DNA of 64,000 nucleotides from Bacteroidales bacterium (GCA_029210585.1 JARGFP010000004.1:14244-78243); one strand, 5' to 3'; shown: positions 9,196 to 18,821, numbered from the stretch's first letter. Program-made: numbers and translations. The notes: generated from the letters alone by a model not told the origin.

Positions 9196-9447
9196 TGGAT
9201 CAACTCCCGATGGTTTCCAAATATAACGTTTTTGATTTAATCGTTATTCTGTTCCTGCAGGACAATCCCTGTCATATAACATCCGGCAGGCAGTTGTCAT
9301 AATGTTACTGAAGCGTCCGGTTCCGGGAGCAGGTATCATGGACAGGGATATCTGCACAGGGAATGTGAACAAATTCCAGGGACTGGTTGATATGAACCTG
9401 GCTGGAGTGTACTATTGAATGAATATACCACAAATACCGGGGGCCGG

Positions 9448-11940
9448 TTAGCGAATGAACACTTTTTCACGGACCGGCTCAGCCTGGCGGGCCGGGGAGG
9501 TCTGTGCATCCGATGCCTCCAGTGTCAGGATATAAATTCCCGGCTGTAAAGTGGTGTGCACCATGTTGAATCCTGACTGCGCGAGGGTGTGGACCTCCAC
9601 CAGTATACCGGCCGTGTTGTAGATGCGCATTTGGTCAGGTAATGCGCCAGTGTCGTTGGTGCGGACCATAATGCTTTTCCCGGCGGAATAAATCTCCACC
9701 TCAAAAGGATCATCATATTCCGGAGCACCTGCATCCACGGTAACCTCTTCGGTTACCAAGGGTCTGAAGCCATTCAGGATCCGGTCATCGATCTGTACCG
9801 TGAATTCTGAACCCCCAAACGAGGAAGCCGGACTTACCCAGAGTGCCAGGGTCGCTGTGGATGCGCTCTCGTGGTAGACTGTATCAATAAAAAGGAGGGG
9901 ATTATTGGTAGTAAGGTTGAAATATTTTTCGCGCAGACTGTGGTTGGTGAAGTACTCATCGGCAAGATCAAGCTGGTAGAGCAACAGGTCGCCCGACCTG
10001 CCCTGCGGGGAGATGGTCACAGACGGCTCCAGGACATTCCCGTTAAAATTATTATCCAGCCATACCAGCCTGGCAAAGAGCCAGTTGCTGAAGTAGGTCA
10101 CTTCATCTTCATACGTGTTCCCCTGCCAGTTGTAGTTGGGCCAGACATAGTTCCCGAGGATGGGCCAGCGGTCGAAATTCCGCTGCTGCGCCGCATCAAT
10201 GTAACCGGTCAGGGAATCGATCTGTGCCTGTATGTTTGTATTGCTGAAGGCATTTTCGCGCATGTATCTCCAGCGCGTTGTGGCCAGGTCGTTAAACCAC
10301 GGATCATCGTTCAGCCGTGCCCACCAGAACATCATGCTCCAGTCAAAGGGCTGGAGGTCATCGTACAACCAGCCTGAAGTGATCAGTCCCTCCTGCCAGT
10401 AATCCACGTTTCCGTATCCCAGGTTGAAATCCCAGATCGGACCGGCAAAGATCTCTCCCCCCTTGCTCTCCTTCTTCTTATAAAAATAATTGCTGTACCG
10501 GTATTTGTCGACCTCCTTGGAGATTTCGCTCATCAACATGAAATCCACGAATGAACCGGTGTTCAGATACCGGTTGTACCCGATATCCGGATCATCGAAA
10601 TAACCGGAGATCAACACTTCTTCCGCCTCAACGATGTATTCCTTCAGGTATGCACGCTGGGTGGCGGTGAGTTCATCTCCCGCGGGATCATAATACTGGT
10701 AGATGATATCCATCGCATTGGGATACGCGGGGTCGGGCCTCGACTGGAATCCGTCGATCCCCTTCGTGTAATCCCAATCGATCTTATCTACCTTGAAAAT
10801 ATAACCCCCGGTGAGCTCATCGCCTGAATTTTCGGTGGGTTCCAGCCGGGCGATGTTCACACGGTTGTCGTCCCGCTTGATCTGCTCCATGAGGATGTAG
10901 ATGCCGTGGTACGTCTCATTGAGAAACAATTCCACGTAGGCAATTCGTGAACAATAGGGATCCAGTTCACTGCCCAGCTCGAATGTAACCGCGTTCCTCA
11001 GGAGCGATTTGTCACTGTATGGCGCATAGAGGATCCAGTCATTCTCCGCCGGCATGCCAAGCAGGGAAACATTCAGATTTTCCCCCAGGGAATCCTGCGT
11101 CTCCAGCCGGAATGACTTTTTCGGGAACATCTGGGAAGATTGTCCGCGTACCTCAATCGTGATACGGCCGTCGTATTCATTGAATGGATCATCGATCCTG
11201 TTTACTTGTCCGGGACCATTGTTGATGACACCCATATGCGCTTCAACACGCGGGTCATCGGGTATATTGTTGCCATTTGTGTTGATCATAACAATGGGCA
11301 GCCGACTGGGTCCAATTTCAACCGGTGCATTAAACCACGCCGGTGTTGCTGAAAAATACTGCTGACCACCCTGTACCTCCCCCTGCAAATAGATCAGGGA
11401 ACTCAGATCGGAGGATCCGATGCCGTTATTCAGGATATGAACCGCGAGCACATTTTCCCCTGCGGTCAAAAGCGAAGTGTCACAAAAGTAACGCTGGTAA
11501 TCACCCCCGGAATATACCTGCGCTTCACGGTCTGTTGTCAGTGTGCTGTTGTAGGCCGGGTCATTCTCCGTAACATTGAACGACCGTGCAAACTCGGTCC
11601 CGTTCAGGTAGGCCACGAACGCATCGTCATAATCGATATCCAGTACAAGCCGGATCAAGAGTGTATCGGAAGGCAGCGTGAAAACACCCCGCAGGCAGAG
11701 TGAATTGACAGGATCAATTACCGTCGCATCGTCGCCGTCGGAATAACCGATACCGCCAACTCCTTCCTGCCATCCCGAATCATCGAACTCCACCTCTCTC
11801 CACCCCGAAGGCAGTGGGCTTGTGGCTGGCAGGTAACGCCATACATCCCCGGCAAGGATCACAGATTCCCAGTGCGATTGCCCCCGGGCAATACTGAATG
11901 TGCCGATGATCAATAATATAATGGTCCAGTTCCTCATCAT
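9448..11940 (-). CDS. Secreted CotH-family protein with T9SS C-terminal sorting domain
   Basis: 830-aa ORF with signal peptide MMRNWTIILLIIGTFSIARGQ. CotH-like core: RLPIVMINTNG, ITIEVRGQSSQMFPKKSFRLET, YVELFLNETYHGIYILMEQIKRD, GGYIFKVDK, NFDRWPILG. Por-type tail containing MRIYNTAGILVEVHTL...GIYILTLEASD. Confidence 0.82.
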   Translation of the reverse strand: MMRNWTIILLIIGTFSIARGQSHWESVILAGDVWRYLPATSPLPSGWREVEFDDSGWQEGVGGIGYSDGDDATVIDPVNSLCLRGVFTLPSDTLLIRLVLDIDYDDAFVAYLNGTEFARSFNVTENDPAYNSTLTTDREAQVYSGGDYQRYFCDTSLLTAGENVLAVHILNNGIGSSDLSSLIYLQGEVQGGQQYFSATPAWFNAPVEIGPSRLPIVMINTNGNNIPDDPRVEAHMGVINNGPGQVNRIDDPFNEYDGRITIEVRGQSSQMFPKKSFRLETQDSLGENLNVSLLGMPAENDWILYAPYSDKSLLRNAVTFELGSELDPYCSRIAYVELFLNETYHGIYILMEQIKRDDNRVNIARLEPTENSGDELTGGYIFKVDKIDWDYTKGIDGFQSRPDPAYPNAMDIIYQYYDPAGDELTATQRAYLKEYIVEAEEVLISGYFDDPDIGYNRYLNTGSFVDFMLMSEISKEVDKYRYSNYFYKKKESKGGEIFAGPIWDFNLGYGNVDYWQEGLITSGWLYDDLQPFDWSMMFWWARLNDDPWFNDLATTRWRYMRENAFSNTNIQAQIDSLTGYIDAAQQRNFDRWPILGNYVWPNYNWQGNTYEDEVTYFSNWLFARLVWLDNNFNGNVLEPSVTISPQGRSGDLLLYQLDLADEYFTNHSLREKYFNLTTNNPLLFIDTVYHESASTATLALWVSPASSFGGSEFTVQIDDRILNGFRPLVTEEVTVDAGAPEYDDPFEVEIYSAGKSIMVRTNDTGALPDQMRIYNTAGILVEVHTLAQSGFNMVHTTLQPGIYILTLEASDAQTSPARQAEPVREKVFIR
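9451..9702 (-). other. T9SS C-terminal sorting domain of the CotH-family protein
   Basis: C-terminal ~84 aa, FEVEIYSAGKSIMVRTND...MRIYNTAGILVEVHTLAQSGFNMVHTTLQPGIYILTLEA. It has the beta-sandwich CTD pattern, with a longer tail than usual. Confidence 0.6.
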
Positions 11941-12208
11941 TTCTGCTTCAGGATATGCTAATTCCAGCGTGACTCAATGCCATTTACCCTTGCAGGCTGA
12001 ATATGACACGCTCTCCTCCGATCTTAATCCGCCTGCAAATTAAAAAAAAGTGGGTGATTGACACATACAAAAAATACAATTCAGGGTTCTTTACCACCGA
12101 TTTCTCAAACGTGGACTAACCCCGCGGTAATACCTCAACTTTTTTACAACATAAATGCTAGCTTGGTACACCAAAAATGCTATTTTTACAAGTTAAAGCC
12201 CTGGAGCA

Positions 12209-12230
12209 TTGTTCTGTTGCAACAGAACAA
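12209..12230. promoter_or_regulatory. Perfect 22-bp palindrome TTGTTCTGTTGCAACAGAACAA, candidate operator upstream of regulator 2
   Basis: Read directly: 11 nt plus its exact reverse complement with no spacer. Its 3' end is 66 nt upstream of the ATG at 12296. No U-tract follows on either strand, so it is not terminator-like. Confidence 0.6.
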
Positions 12231-12295
12231 AACACAACATTATATGAACGTTCAACCCAACAACCGGCTTTACAATGATCGATTGAAGATTAACT

Positions 12296-15196
12296 ATGGA
12301 TATTTTCCTCCATCATAATAAATGCCTGAAATCGTTTTTCTCCAGGTACACCGTATTCCTTCTGATGGTTATCGTCCCCGCCAATATGCGTGCCGACGAC
12401 CTGAACGATCTCACAACACCGGTAATTCTCAATTACAGCCGATCGGACTACAATGGAGCAACGCAAAACTGGGCAATCACACAGGGGCTGAATAACATTA
12501 TGTGGTTCGGAAACAACGGACGTGCCATCTGGTTTGACGGAGATGAGTGGGGGCAGGTGCACATCCCCAATAATTCAATCGTCAGAAGTCTGCAAACCAC
12601 CACTACCGGCAGGATATTTGCCGGTTCCTTTGCTGAATTCGGAGAGATTACCATGAATGAAAGTGGAGCGTTTGTGTATGATTCATGGATCGGCAATGTC
12701 CCTGAGAAATTCAGGGATTTCAATGACATCTGGCGCATTCATGAACTGAACAATGTGGTCTACTTCCAGTCATTTGAGCGTATATTGAAATTCCGTCAGG
12801 GTGAATTTATCGGCACCATTGAGCCTGAAGGCAAGTTCAGATTTTCGTTTGTAAGCAACGGAAGACTGTTTATTGAAGAGGCAGGAGTTGGCCTGAAGGT
12901 CCTCCTTAACAATGAGCTTACGCTGATAGAGAAGGGTGATTTCTTTGCAGAGAAAGAGGTTTGGTTTGTAGGCTATTCAGGACCGAGGCTCATGGTGGCA
13001 ACACAGAAAGAGGGTGTTTATATTTTCGAAAATGGCAAATGGAACAGCTGGGATACACCGGTCAATCAACTCCTGCTTAAGAATTCGCTTTTCTCAGCAA
13101 TCCAGCTAAAAGAGGGAGGCTGCCTTTTTGGCACAACGCAGAATGGCCTGATTATCTCAGATGAGAACGGTAACATCAAGAAGCTGATCAACAGCAAGAA
13201 AGGGTTGCAGAATAACACGGTCCTGTCACTCTATGTTGATTCTGAGAATAATTACTGGCTGGGACTGGATCATGGAATTGATTACCTGAAAATCAATTTC
13301 CCCATCTCGCGTCTTTTCAGGGAGGAGGGGTTAGGCACGGGCTATGCCTCGATCCACCATAAAGGCACATACTTTTTCGGAACCAACCAGGGCATCTATT
13401 CCTGGTCCGAAGATGAAGGGGAGTTTGTACTGCTTGAAAATACCGGGGGACAGGTTTGGTCCTTTGAGATCCTGGAGGACAGGTTGCTTTGCTGTCACAA
13501 CAATGGCATCTATGAAGTATTTAAAGACAGGGCAGAACATCTTTTCGACCTGAATGGCGCCTGGAAAATTATGCCGGTCCCTGATCAGGAAGGTGTATAT
13601 ATTGCCGGAGGATACAGCGGGCTTTACAGGATAACCCTGGGAAATTCACCGGAACTGACCGCATTGACCGGATTTGGAGAATCCTGCAGGGTATTTGAAT
13701 TTGATGAGCAGGGAGACCTTTGGATGAGTCATGGATATAAGGGAGTATATAAACTCAGACTTACCAGTGATTATACTGCTGTGGACCAAATCATGTCCTT
13801 TGGCAGCAATCAGGGACTTCCTTCGAACTTCGGCAATGGGGTATTTACATATAACAATGAGATTATCATTACTACCCAAAATGGTTTTTATACATACAAT
13901 GACATTATCGGATTAATGCAGCCCTACGAAAAGTGGAACGAGATGCTGCCCCTGGAACATCCGGTTTCAACTGTGAAGATTGACAGATGGAACAGGGTGA
14001 TGTTCTTCCATGCGGAGAAACTGATCTGGACCATCATCGAAAACGACTCTCTTGTATATATAGATTCCACCTCTTTCCTGCCATTGGAAAACCAGTTCTT
14101 TTATGCCTTTGAAAATATATACTTCCCGTCACAAAACGTGGCCATCATCGGAACCATCGACGGGTTTTCAGTATACAACAGGGACCTGCAGTATAGAGAG
14201 GAGGCCGGGATTCCCCTCTTCATTAAACGGATATATTACTATGAAGGAAGCAGCGGGAGCCTGAAACGTAATGAGATCAACCCCACTGAAACCGATATTA
14301 CTCTTCCGCTCAGTCAGAATATTCTTTACCTGGAATTATCAGTCCCGGTGTTTCAGAACAAGGAATACCTCCAGACCAGTTACATGATCAATGGTGGTGC
14401 TTACCAGAACGTAGACAACAATACAATTGTCCTTCAGAACCTGAAGAGCGGTCATTACCAGATCCGGATCCGGACAAGGGACCTTACAAATTCGAATCAG
14501 TCAGAAACAGCCGAACTTCATATCACCATCCTTCCTCCCTGGTACAAAAGGTGGTATGCCATTATTATGTATTTGATCTTCCTTGGTATCCTGTCCACAA
14601 TCGGTATCATACTCTACCGGAGAAACCTGAAGATTATCAGGAGAAAAGAGAAGATCAGTCAGACAAGAAAAATGAACCAGAAGCAACTGGAACTCCGAAG
14701 GCAGTCAGATGATACAGAGAAGGAACTGATCATGATGAGGAATGAGAAGCTAAGAAGCGAAATTCGCCTGAAAGCCGAAGAGATTGCCAACTCCACCATG
14801 GAGCTTGTCCTTAAGAATAAAATGCTGCTCGAAGTAAAGGATACACTCTCAAAGATCCAGAAGGAGAAAGATATCGAAATCCGTAACAGCAGTATCAAGA
14901 GTATGCTGCGAAATATCGACAGGGACCTCAATAACGAGGAAAACTGGAGGGTGTTTGAGAAAAACTTTGACGAAGTTCATGAGAATTTCCTCAACAGGCT
15001 GAAAGAGCGGCATCCGGTGCTTACCTCAAAAGATCTTCGCCTGTGCGCATACCTGAGGATGAATCTTAGCTCCAAGGAGATTGCCCCTTTGTTGAGGATC
15101 TCGCCCAGAAGCGTCGAGATCAGCAGGTACCGGCTGAGAAAAAAAATGGAACTCAGTCATACTACCAATCTTTCTGATTATATCCTGTTATTCTGA
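12296..15196 (+). CDS. Membrane-tethered propeller/Y_Y_Y sensor with LuxR-type HTH (regulator 2)
   Basis: 966-aa ORF with the same architecture as regulator 1. Periplasmic repeat region: NNTVLSLYVDSENNYWLGLDHGIDYLK. Y_Y_Y-like region: HYQIRIRTRD. TM WYAIIMYLIFLGILSTIGIILY (~14553-14620), then a coiled-coil. HTH LTSKDLRLCAYLRMNLSSKEIAPLLRISPRSVEISRYRLRKKMEL. Confidence 0.87.
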   Translation: MDIFLHHNKCLKSFFSRYTVFLLMVIVPANMRADDLNDLTTPVILNYSRSDYNGATQNWAITQGLNNIMWFGNNGRAIWFDGDEWGQVHIPNNSIVRSLQTTTTGRIFAGSFAEFGEITMNESGAFVYDSWIGNVPEKFRDFNDIWRIHELNNVVYFQSFERILKFRQGEFIGTIEPEGKFRFSFVSNGRLFIEEAGVGLKVLLNNELTLIEKGDFFAEKEVWFVGYSGPRLMVATQKEGVYIFENGKWNSWDTPVNQLLLKNSLFSAIQLKEGGCLFGTTQNGLIISDENGNIKKLINSKKGLQNNTVLSLYVDSENNYWLGLDHGIDYLKINFPISRLFREEGLGTGYASIHHKGTYFFGTNQGIYSWSEDEGEFVLLENTGGQVWSFEILEDRLLCCHNNGIYEVFKDRAEHLFDLNGAWKIMPVPDQEGVYIAGGYSGLYRITLGNSPELTALTGFGESCRVFEFDEQGDLWMSHGYKGVYKLRLTSDYTAVDQIMSFGSNQGLPSNFGNGVFTYNNEIIITTQNGFYTYNDIIGLMQPYEKWNEMLPLEHPVSTVKIDRWNRVMFFHAEKLIWTIIENDSLVYIDSTSFLPLENQFFYAFENIYFPSQNVAIIGTIDGFSVYNRDLQYREEAGIPLFIKRIYYYEGSSGSLKRNEINPTETDITLPLSQNILYLELSVPVFQNKEYLQTSYMINGGAYQNVDNNTIVLQNLKSGHYQIRIRTRDLTNSNQSETAELHITILPPWYKRWYAIIMYLIFLGILSTIGIILYRRNLKIIRRKEKISQTRKMNQKQLELRRQSDDTEKELIMMRNEKLRSEIRLKAEEIANSTMELVLKNKMLLEVKDTLSKIQKEKDIEIRNSSIKSMLRNIDRDLNNEENWRVFEKNFDEVHENFLNRLKERHPVLTSKDLRLCAYLRMNLSSKEIAPLLRISPRSVEISRYRLRKKMELSHTTNLSDYILLF

Positions 15197-15501
15197 TTTC
15201 ATCTGGTTGTTGCGTCTGTTGTATGCCTGCTTCCTGAATGTGTAATAAAACTTCATTGTATATCAACCTGTTGAATCTGCTCTTGTATAGTTTTTGTTAA
15301 GGTACGATTCAATGCCCGTTGAGTATAAGATGTATAACGATATTAGGTGTAGTTCTCAAATTTCATCATATTGTAATTTAAATTTGGTACTTAAGCAATT
15401 CAATACCTGGAACCAATAGGGACAAGTTATCCCGGTGACCGGACCCGGGATTGAATTGTTTATTTAAACTGCCATGATTATTAACTTAAAAAAAACAAAT
15501 T

Positions 15502-17238
15502 ATGAAAAAAGGACTACTCAGTTTGCTGTTGATGACAGCATTTGGACTCTTCACGATGGGTCAGGTGACCTTTAGTGATTATGAGACGGTTAGCCTGGAC
15601 GGATTTCTCGGTTTTGGCGGAGCAACTTTCTCAACTGAAATGAACCCCAATGTGACAGGTATCAACACAAGTGACAATGTGGGAAAGGTTGTAACCGGAA
15701 ATGAACCATGGTCGGGTATCTACTCAGGAAGCTTAGGCGGAACCTTTGATTTTACCACGAACTCCGCATTTACTATGAAAGTCTATTCCGAAAATGCGGG
15801 AGATGTGCTGTTTAAATGTGAAATTGGTGCCCAAAATACCACCAATACAGAGATTATGGCCACCTATACAGATGTAGGAAACTGGCAGGAGCTCACCTTT
15901 GACTTCTCAGGCGGTGCATCGGACACATATGACCAGATCGTGCTCTTCTTTGACATGAATGTCGCAGATGAGGGAGAAGAGTGGTATTTCGATGACATCG
16001 CAGGACCGGACTTCACAGCAGGAGCTGATGTGGATGTTACTTTCCAGATCACGGATCTTGACAATGCAGCTACTACTGTTGAAGTTGAAGTATCCAACGA
16101 CCCGGGAATCATGATCGCGCTCACCAACGACGGAGCCGGTGTATGGACAGCAACTCAAACACTTCCGGGAAATACCTTCATGGATAAGTATACCTGGACA
16201 CTCTACGTGGATGGTACTGCCGTTGCAGACGTAACTGAGAAAAGCCTGGGTGTTGCAGCCGGAGCAGGTACAGCAACTGTTACCCATACATTTGGTGGCG
16301 GTCTGACAGATGAAGCACTTGCTACCTATGTGGGCCTTGATTTTCCACTTATAGATGGTGAGATCGATTTCATCTGGGACGATGCAACAGAATACCCCAT
16401 CTCCCTTCCATTCGGAGCAGAAACATTTACTGATGCAGCTGATTGCAACGGTTATTACAAAGTCGGATGGGACGAAACCGGACTCTATATCCTGGTCGAA
16501 GTGAACGACGATTACCTCTATCCTGCAGGTGACTTTGGTCAACCATGGGAAAAAGATAAAATCGAGGTATACCTCGATATGAATGTGGGTGACCTAAAAG
16601 ATGGAACAGGACCTGGTGCAACAGGAAATGCCGGAACAAACGGTCATTATCAGCTTGCTCCAGCATTCCTGGCAGACTATACAGATGGACCAGGATGGTT
16701 TACCGGAGAGAGAGGATATACCGCCACCACAGATGTAGAGGGTGAAGCATACACTGCAATTACAGAATTCTTTATTCCCTGGGATAACATTCTCGACAGG
16801 AATGCCAATGTAATTTTACCCGATGAGACCATTACACTCGGAATTGGCGTGACCATTGCCGACAATGATGGAGTTGACGGGGGTAACGCCAGGAACCGCC
16901 TTGTTTGGGTGAATGCATCCGATCCTGAAAGCTGGAGCAACATGGATGGTTGCGGAACAATGATGCTTGAAAAGAGTACTGTTGCAGTTGAGAAGTTCGA
17001 GAGTGCACAATTCAGTGTCTACCCGAACCCTGCAAGCGACATTCTCTATATCAGGAATGCAGTAGATGCAAGGACAGTTTCAGTTCACAACATCCTGGGT
17101 GCCAGAGTAATGAATATTTCAGTTGACGGAGGTGAAAGCTTCTCGATCAATACTTCTGAACTTGAAAGAGGTATTTACATGATCAGCGTAAAGACTGAAA
17201 ATGGTTCAGCAGGTCACACTAAATTTGTTGTTGAATAA
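15502..17238 (+). CDS. Secreted carbohydrate-binding protein (N-terminal CBM-like beta-sandwich plus CBM9/DOMON-like module) with T9SS sorting domain; no catalytic motif seen
   Basis: 578-aa ORF with signal peptide MKKGLLSLLLMTAFGLFTMGQ. CBM9-like stretch: DGEIDFIWDDATEYPI...YYKVGWDETGLYILVEVNDDYLY...WEKDKIEVYLDMN...NRLVWVNASD. Por-type tail at the C-terminus. Confidence 0.75.
   Translation: MKKGLLSLLLMTAFGLFTMGQVTFSDYETVSLDGFLGFGGATFSTEMNPNVTGINTSDNVGKVVTGNEPWSGIYSGSLGGTFDFTTNSAFTMKVYSENAGDVLFKCEIGAQNTTNTEIMATYTDVGNWQELTFDFSGGASDTYDQIVLFFDMNVADEGEEWYFDDIAGPDFTAGADVDVTFQITDLDNAATTVEVEVSNDPGIMIALTNDGAGVWTATQTLPGNTFMDKYTWTLYVDGTAVADVTEKSLGVAAGAGTATVTHTFGGGLTDEALATYVGLDFPLIDGEIDFIWDDATEYPISLPFGAETFTDAADCNGYYKVGWDETGLYILVEVNDDYLYPAGDFGQPWEKDKIEVYLDMNVGDLKDGTGPGATGNAGTNGHYQLAPAFLADYTDGPGWFTGERGYTATTDVEGEAYTAITEFFIPWDNILDRNANVILPDETITLGIGVTIADNDGVDGGNARNRLVWVNASDPESWSNMDGCGTMMLEKSTVAVEKFESAQFSVYPNPASDILYIRNAVDARTVSVHNILGARVMNISVDGGESFSINTSELERGIYMISVKTENGSAGHTKFVVE
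17011..17235 (+). other. T9SS C-terminal sorting domain
   Basis: The last 75 aa are FSVYPNPASDILYIRNAVDARTVSVHNILGARVMNISVDGGESFSINTSELERGIYMISVKTENGSAGHTKFVVE. Confidence 0.85.
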
Positions 17239-17247
17239 TCATACCCT

Positions 17248-17287
17248 AAAAAAAAGATGCCGGCATCAGGCCGGCATCTTTTTTTTT
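17248..17287. terminator. Bidirectional rho-independent terminator between convergent genes
   Basis: A8 run (17248-17255), 9-bp GC-rich stem GATGCCGGC / GCCGGCATC with a 5-nt loop (17256-17278), then a T9 run (17279-17287). It lies between the stops at 17238 (+) and 17304 (-). Confidence 0.9.
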
Positions 17288-17303
17288 CTACTAACTACTG
17301 GTA

Positions 17304-18812
17304 TTATTCTGTGCCGATTTTTGTAAGCGGCAGGTACCAGTTCACCGGATCCAGCAACTTATTCCGGATTGCATCTGCGGTAGCGGGATCTTCGAACTTT
17401 GAGGCTACTTTATCAGCAAGGTATTCAGGTTCTCCCCTTCGGGTGGCTATCCGTACGAGGTCAAACCATCTTTTGCCTTCAAATGCGAGTTCCATTGCTC
17501 TTTCCTGGATGATGAGATCCTCGATATAGAGCATCGGGTTGGCCGTATCGGAGGGAGGGATGACTTTGTTCTCGAGATATGCACGTCCCCTCACACCACG
17601 GTTGGGTGACCATTTCACAAAATTTGATGGTCTTTCGCCTCCCAGTGATGCAATTCCATCATTCAGCAGAACCATCGCCAGGTCATGCTCACCGGTCCTG
17701 TTCAAAGCTTCTGCGAGTAGCATATGCACATCGGCCGCCCTGTAAAGTATGATATCTGCACTGTGCGGGATCCCGCCGTCAATGGAGTATTTATTGATAT
17801 AAGGAGATCCTGCATTCGTTGTATCTATCGAAACACCCATACCACGTGTTTCATCACTGGGATCTCCATTCTGTTGCACCTGGGCGGCAAATGAATCGAT
17901 CAGTACGGTCGCAGGTTTTACCATATAGTCATAGTCGGGATGCATCCACTCTTCCAGGGTGTTTTTCTGACCGTCAACAAATGAGTAAGGCACTGCCGTA
18001 AAAACGGTACCGAACTGGTCCGTTGAATTCAGAAAAATATCTCTCCATGCCTCCTGCTGGTATGCATCATCCACCATAAATACACGCCTGTAAGCTGGCC
18101 CGTCACAGGCGAATTTCAGGTATTTCACAGCGTTATCATAATCTTCCTTCTCCAGGTACAATTCACCCAGCAGTACATAATGATCGACTGTAAAACGCAC
18201 AATATCTTTAGGGTCATCATACACGAGCAACTCCTGGATCAATTTATCGATGATCTCTTCCTTTGAAAGGTATTCTGGGGTGTCACTCGGATCAAATTCC
18301 TCAATGTCGGGCGAAATAAGTCCGACTTCACCATTCAGCTTTGCCAGCATAAAATAGGCCCAGCTCCTCAACGTAACCAGGGCTCCTTCAAAGGTGTAAA
18401 GGCTAAGTGAATCGAAATCCCTGTCAAGTTCCAGTATCTGCGGAAGATTCGGCAGTACCTCGTTTACATTGATGATAAGCTTGTAATAATTCGATGGATC
18501 GATGTATGGATTATCGGGTGACAATTCATGCATACTGATATCAATCATATCCTTATCGGCTCTATCAGTTACGTTCATCTGATCTGATCTGAGTCCGTCC
18601 ACAAGAACCTGATTTTCTGCGATTTCCTGGAGATACACGAAACATCCTGCATATGAAAGAAGGGCATCCAGTTCAGACCTGTAATGGTCCTCGGGAACGA
18701 TCCTTCCTCCAATGGGTGTTTCAAAAATATCCTCGCTGCAGGAAATAAGAAATCCTGAGAATAATAAGGATAAAACGGTTAGCCATGTTACTGATCTCTT
18801 CGTATTCATCAT
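17304..18812 (-). CDS. SusD/RagB-family outer-membrane lipoprotein (module 2)
   Basis: 502-aa ORF with lipoprotein signal LLFSGFLISCSED. C-terminal SusD hallmark ELAFEGKRWFDLVRIATR. It sits immediately downstream of a SusC gene. Confidence 0.9.
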   Translation of the reverse strand: MMNTKRSVTWLTVLSLLFSGFLISCSEDIFETPIGGRIVPEDHYRSELDALLSYAGCFVYLQEIAENQVLVDGLRSDQMNVTDRADKDMIDISMHELSPDNPYIDPSNYYKLIINVNEVLPNLPQILELDRDFDSLSLYTFEGALVTLRSWAYFMLAKLNGEVGLISPDIEEFDPSDTPEYLSKEEIIDKLIQELLVYDDPKDIVRFTVDHYVLLGELYLEKEDYDNAVKYLKFACDGPAYRRVFMVDDAYQQEAWRDIFLNSTDQFGTVFTAVPYSFVDGQKNTLEEWMHPDYDYMVKPATVLIDSFAAQVQQNGDPSDETRGMGVSIDTTNAGSPYINKYSIDGGIPHSADIILYRAADVHMLLAEALNRTGEHDLAMVLLNDGIASLGGERPSNFVKWSPNRGVRGRAYLENKVIPPSDTANPMLYIEDLIIQERAMELAFEGKRWFDLVRIATRRGEPEYLADKVASKFEDPATADAIRNKLLDPVNWYLPLTKIGTE

Positions 18813-18821
18813 GCAGATAGT

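Noticed and set aside
9430-9450. Small hairpin ACCGG-GGG-CCGGT overlapping the CotH stop codon as a terminator.
   Set aside because: It has only a 5-bp stem and a weak, interrupted T-tract on the minus strand. That is not enough support.
11941-12295. A genomic-island or mobile-element boundary at the GC step.
   Set aside because: No integrase, transposase, tRNA, direct-repeat att-like pair or inverted terminal repeats were seen at either apparent boundary. I report it only as a compositional observation.
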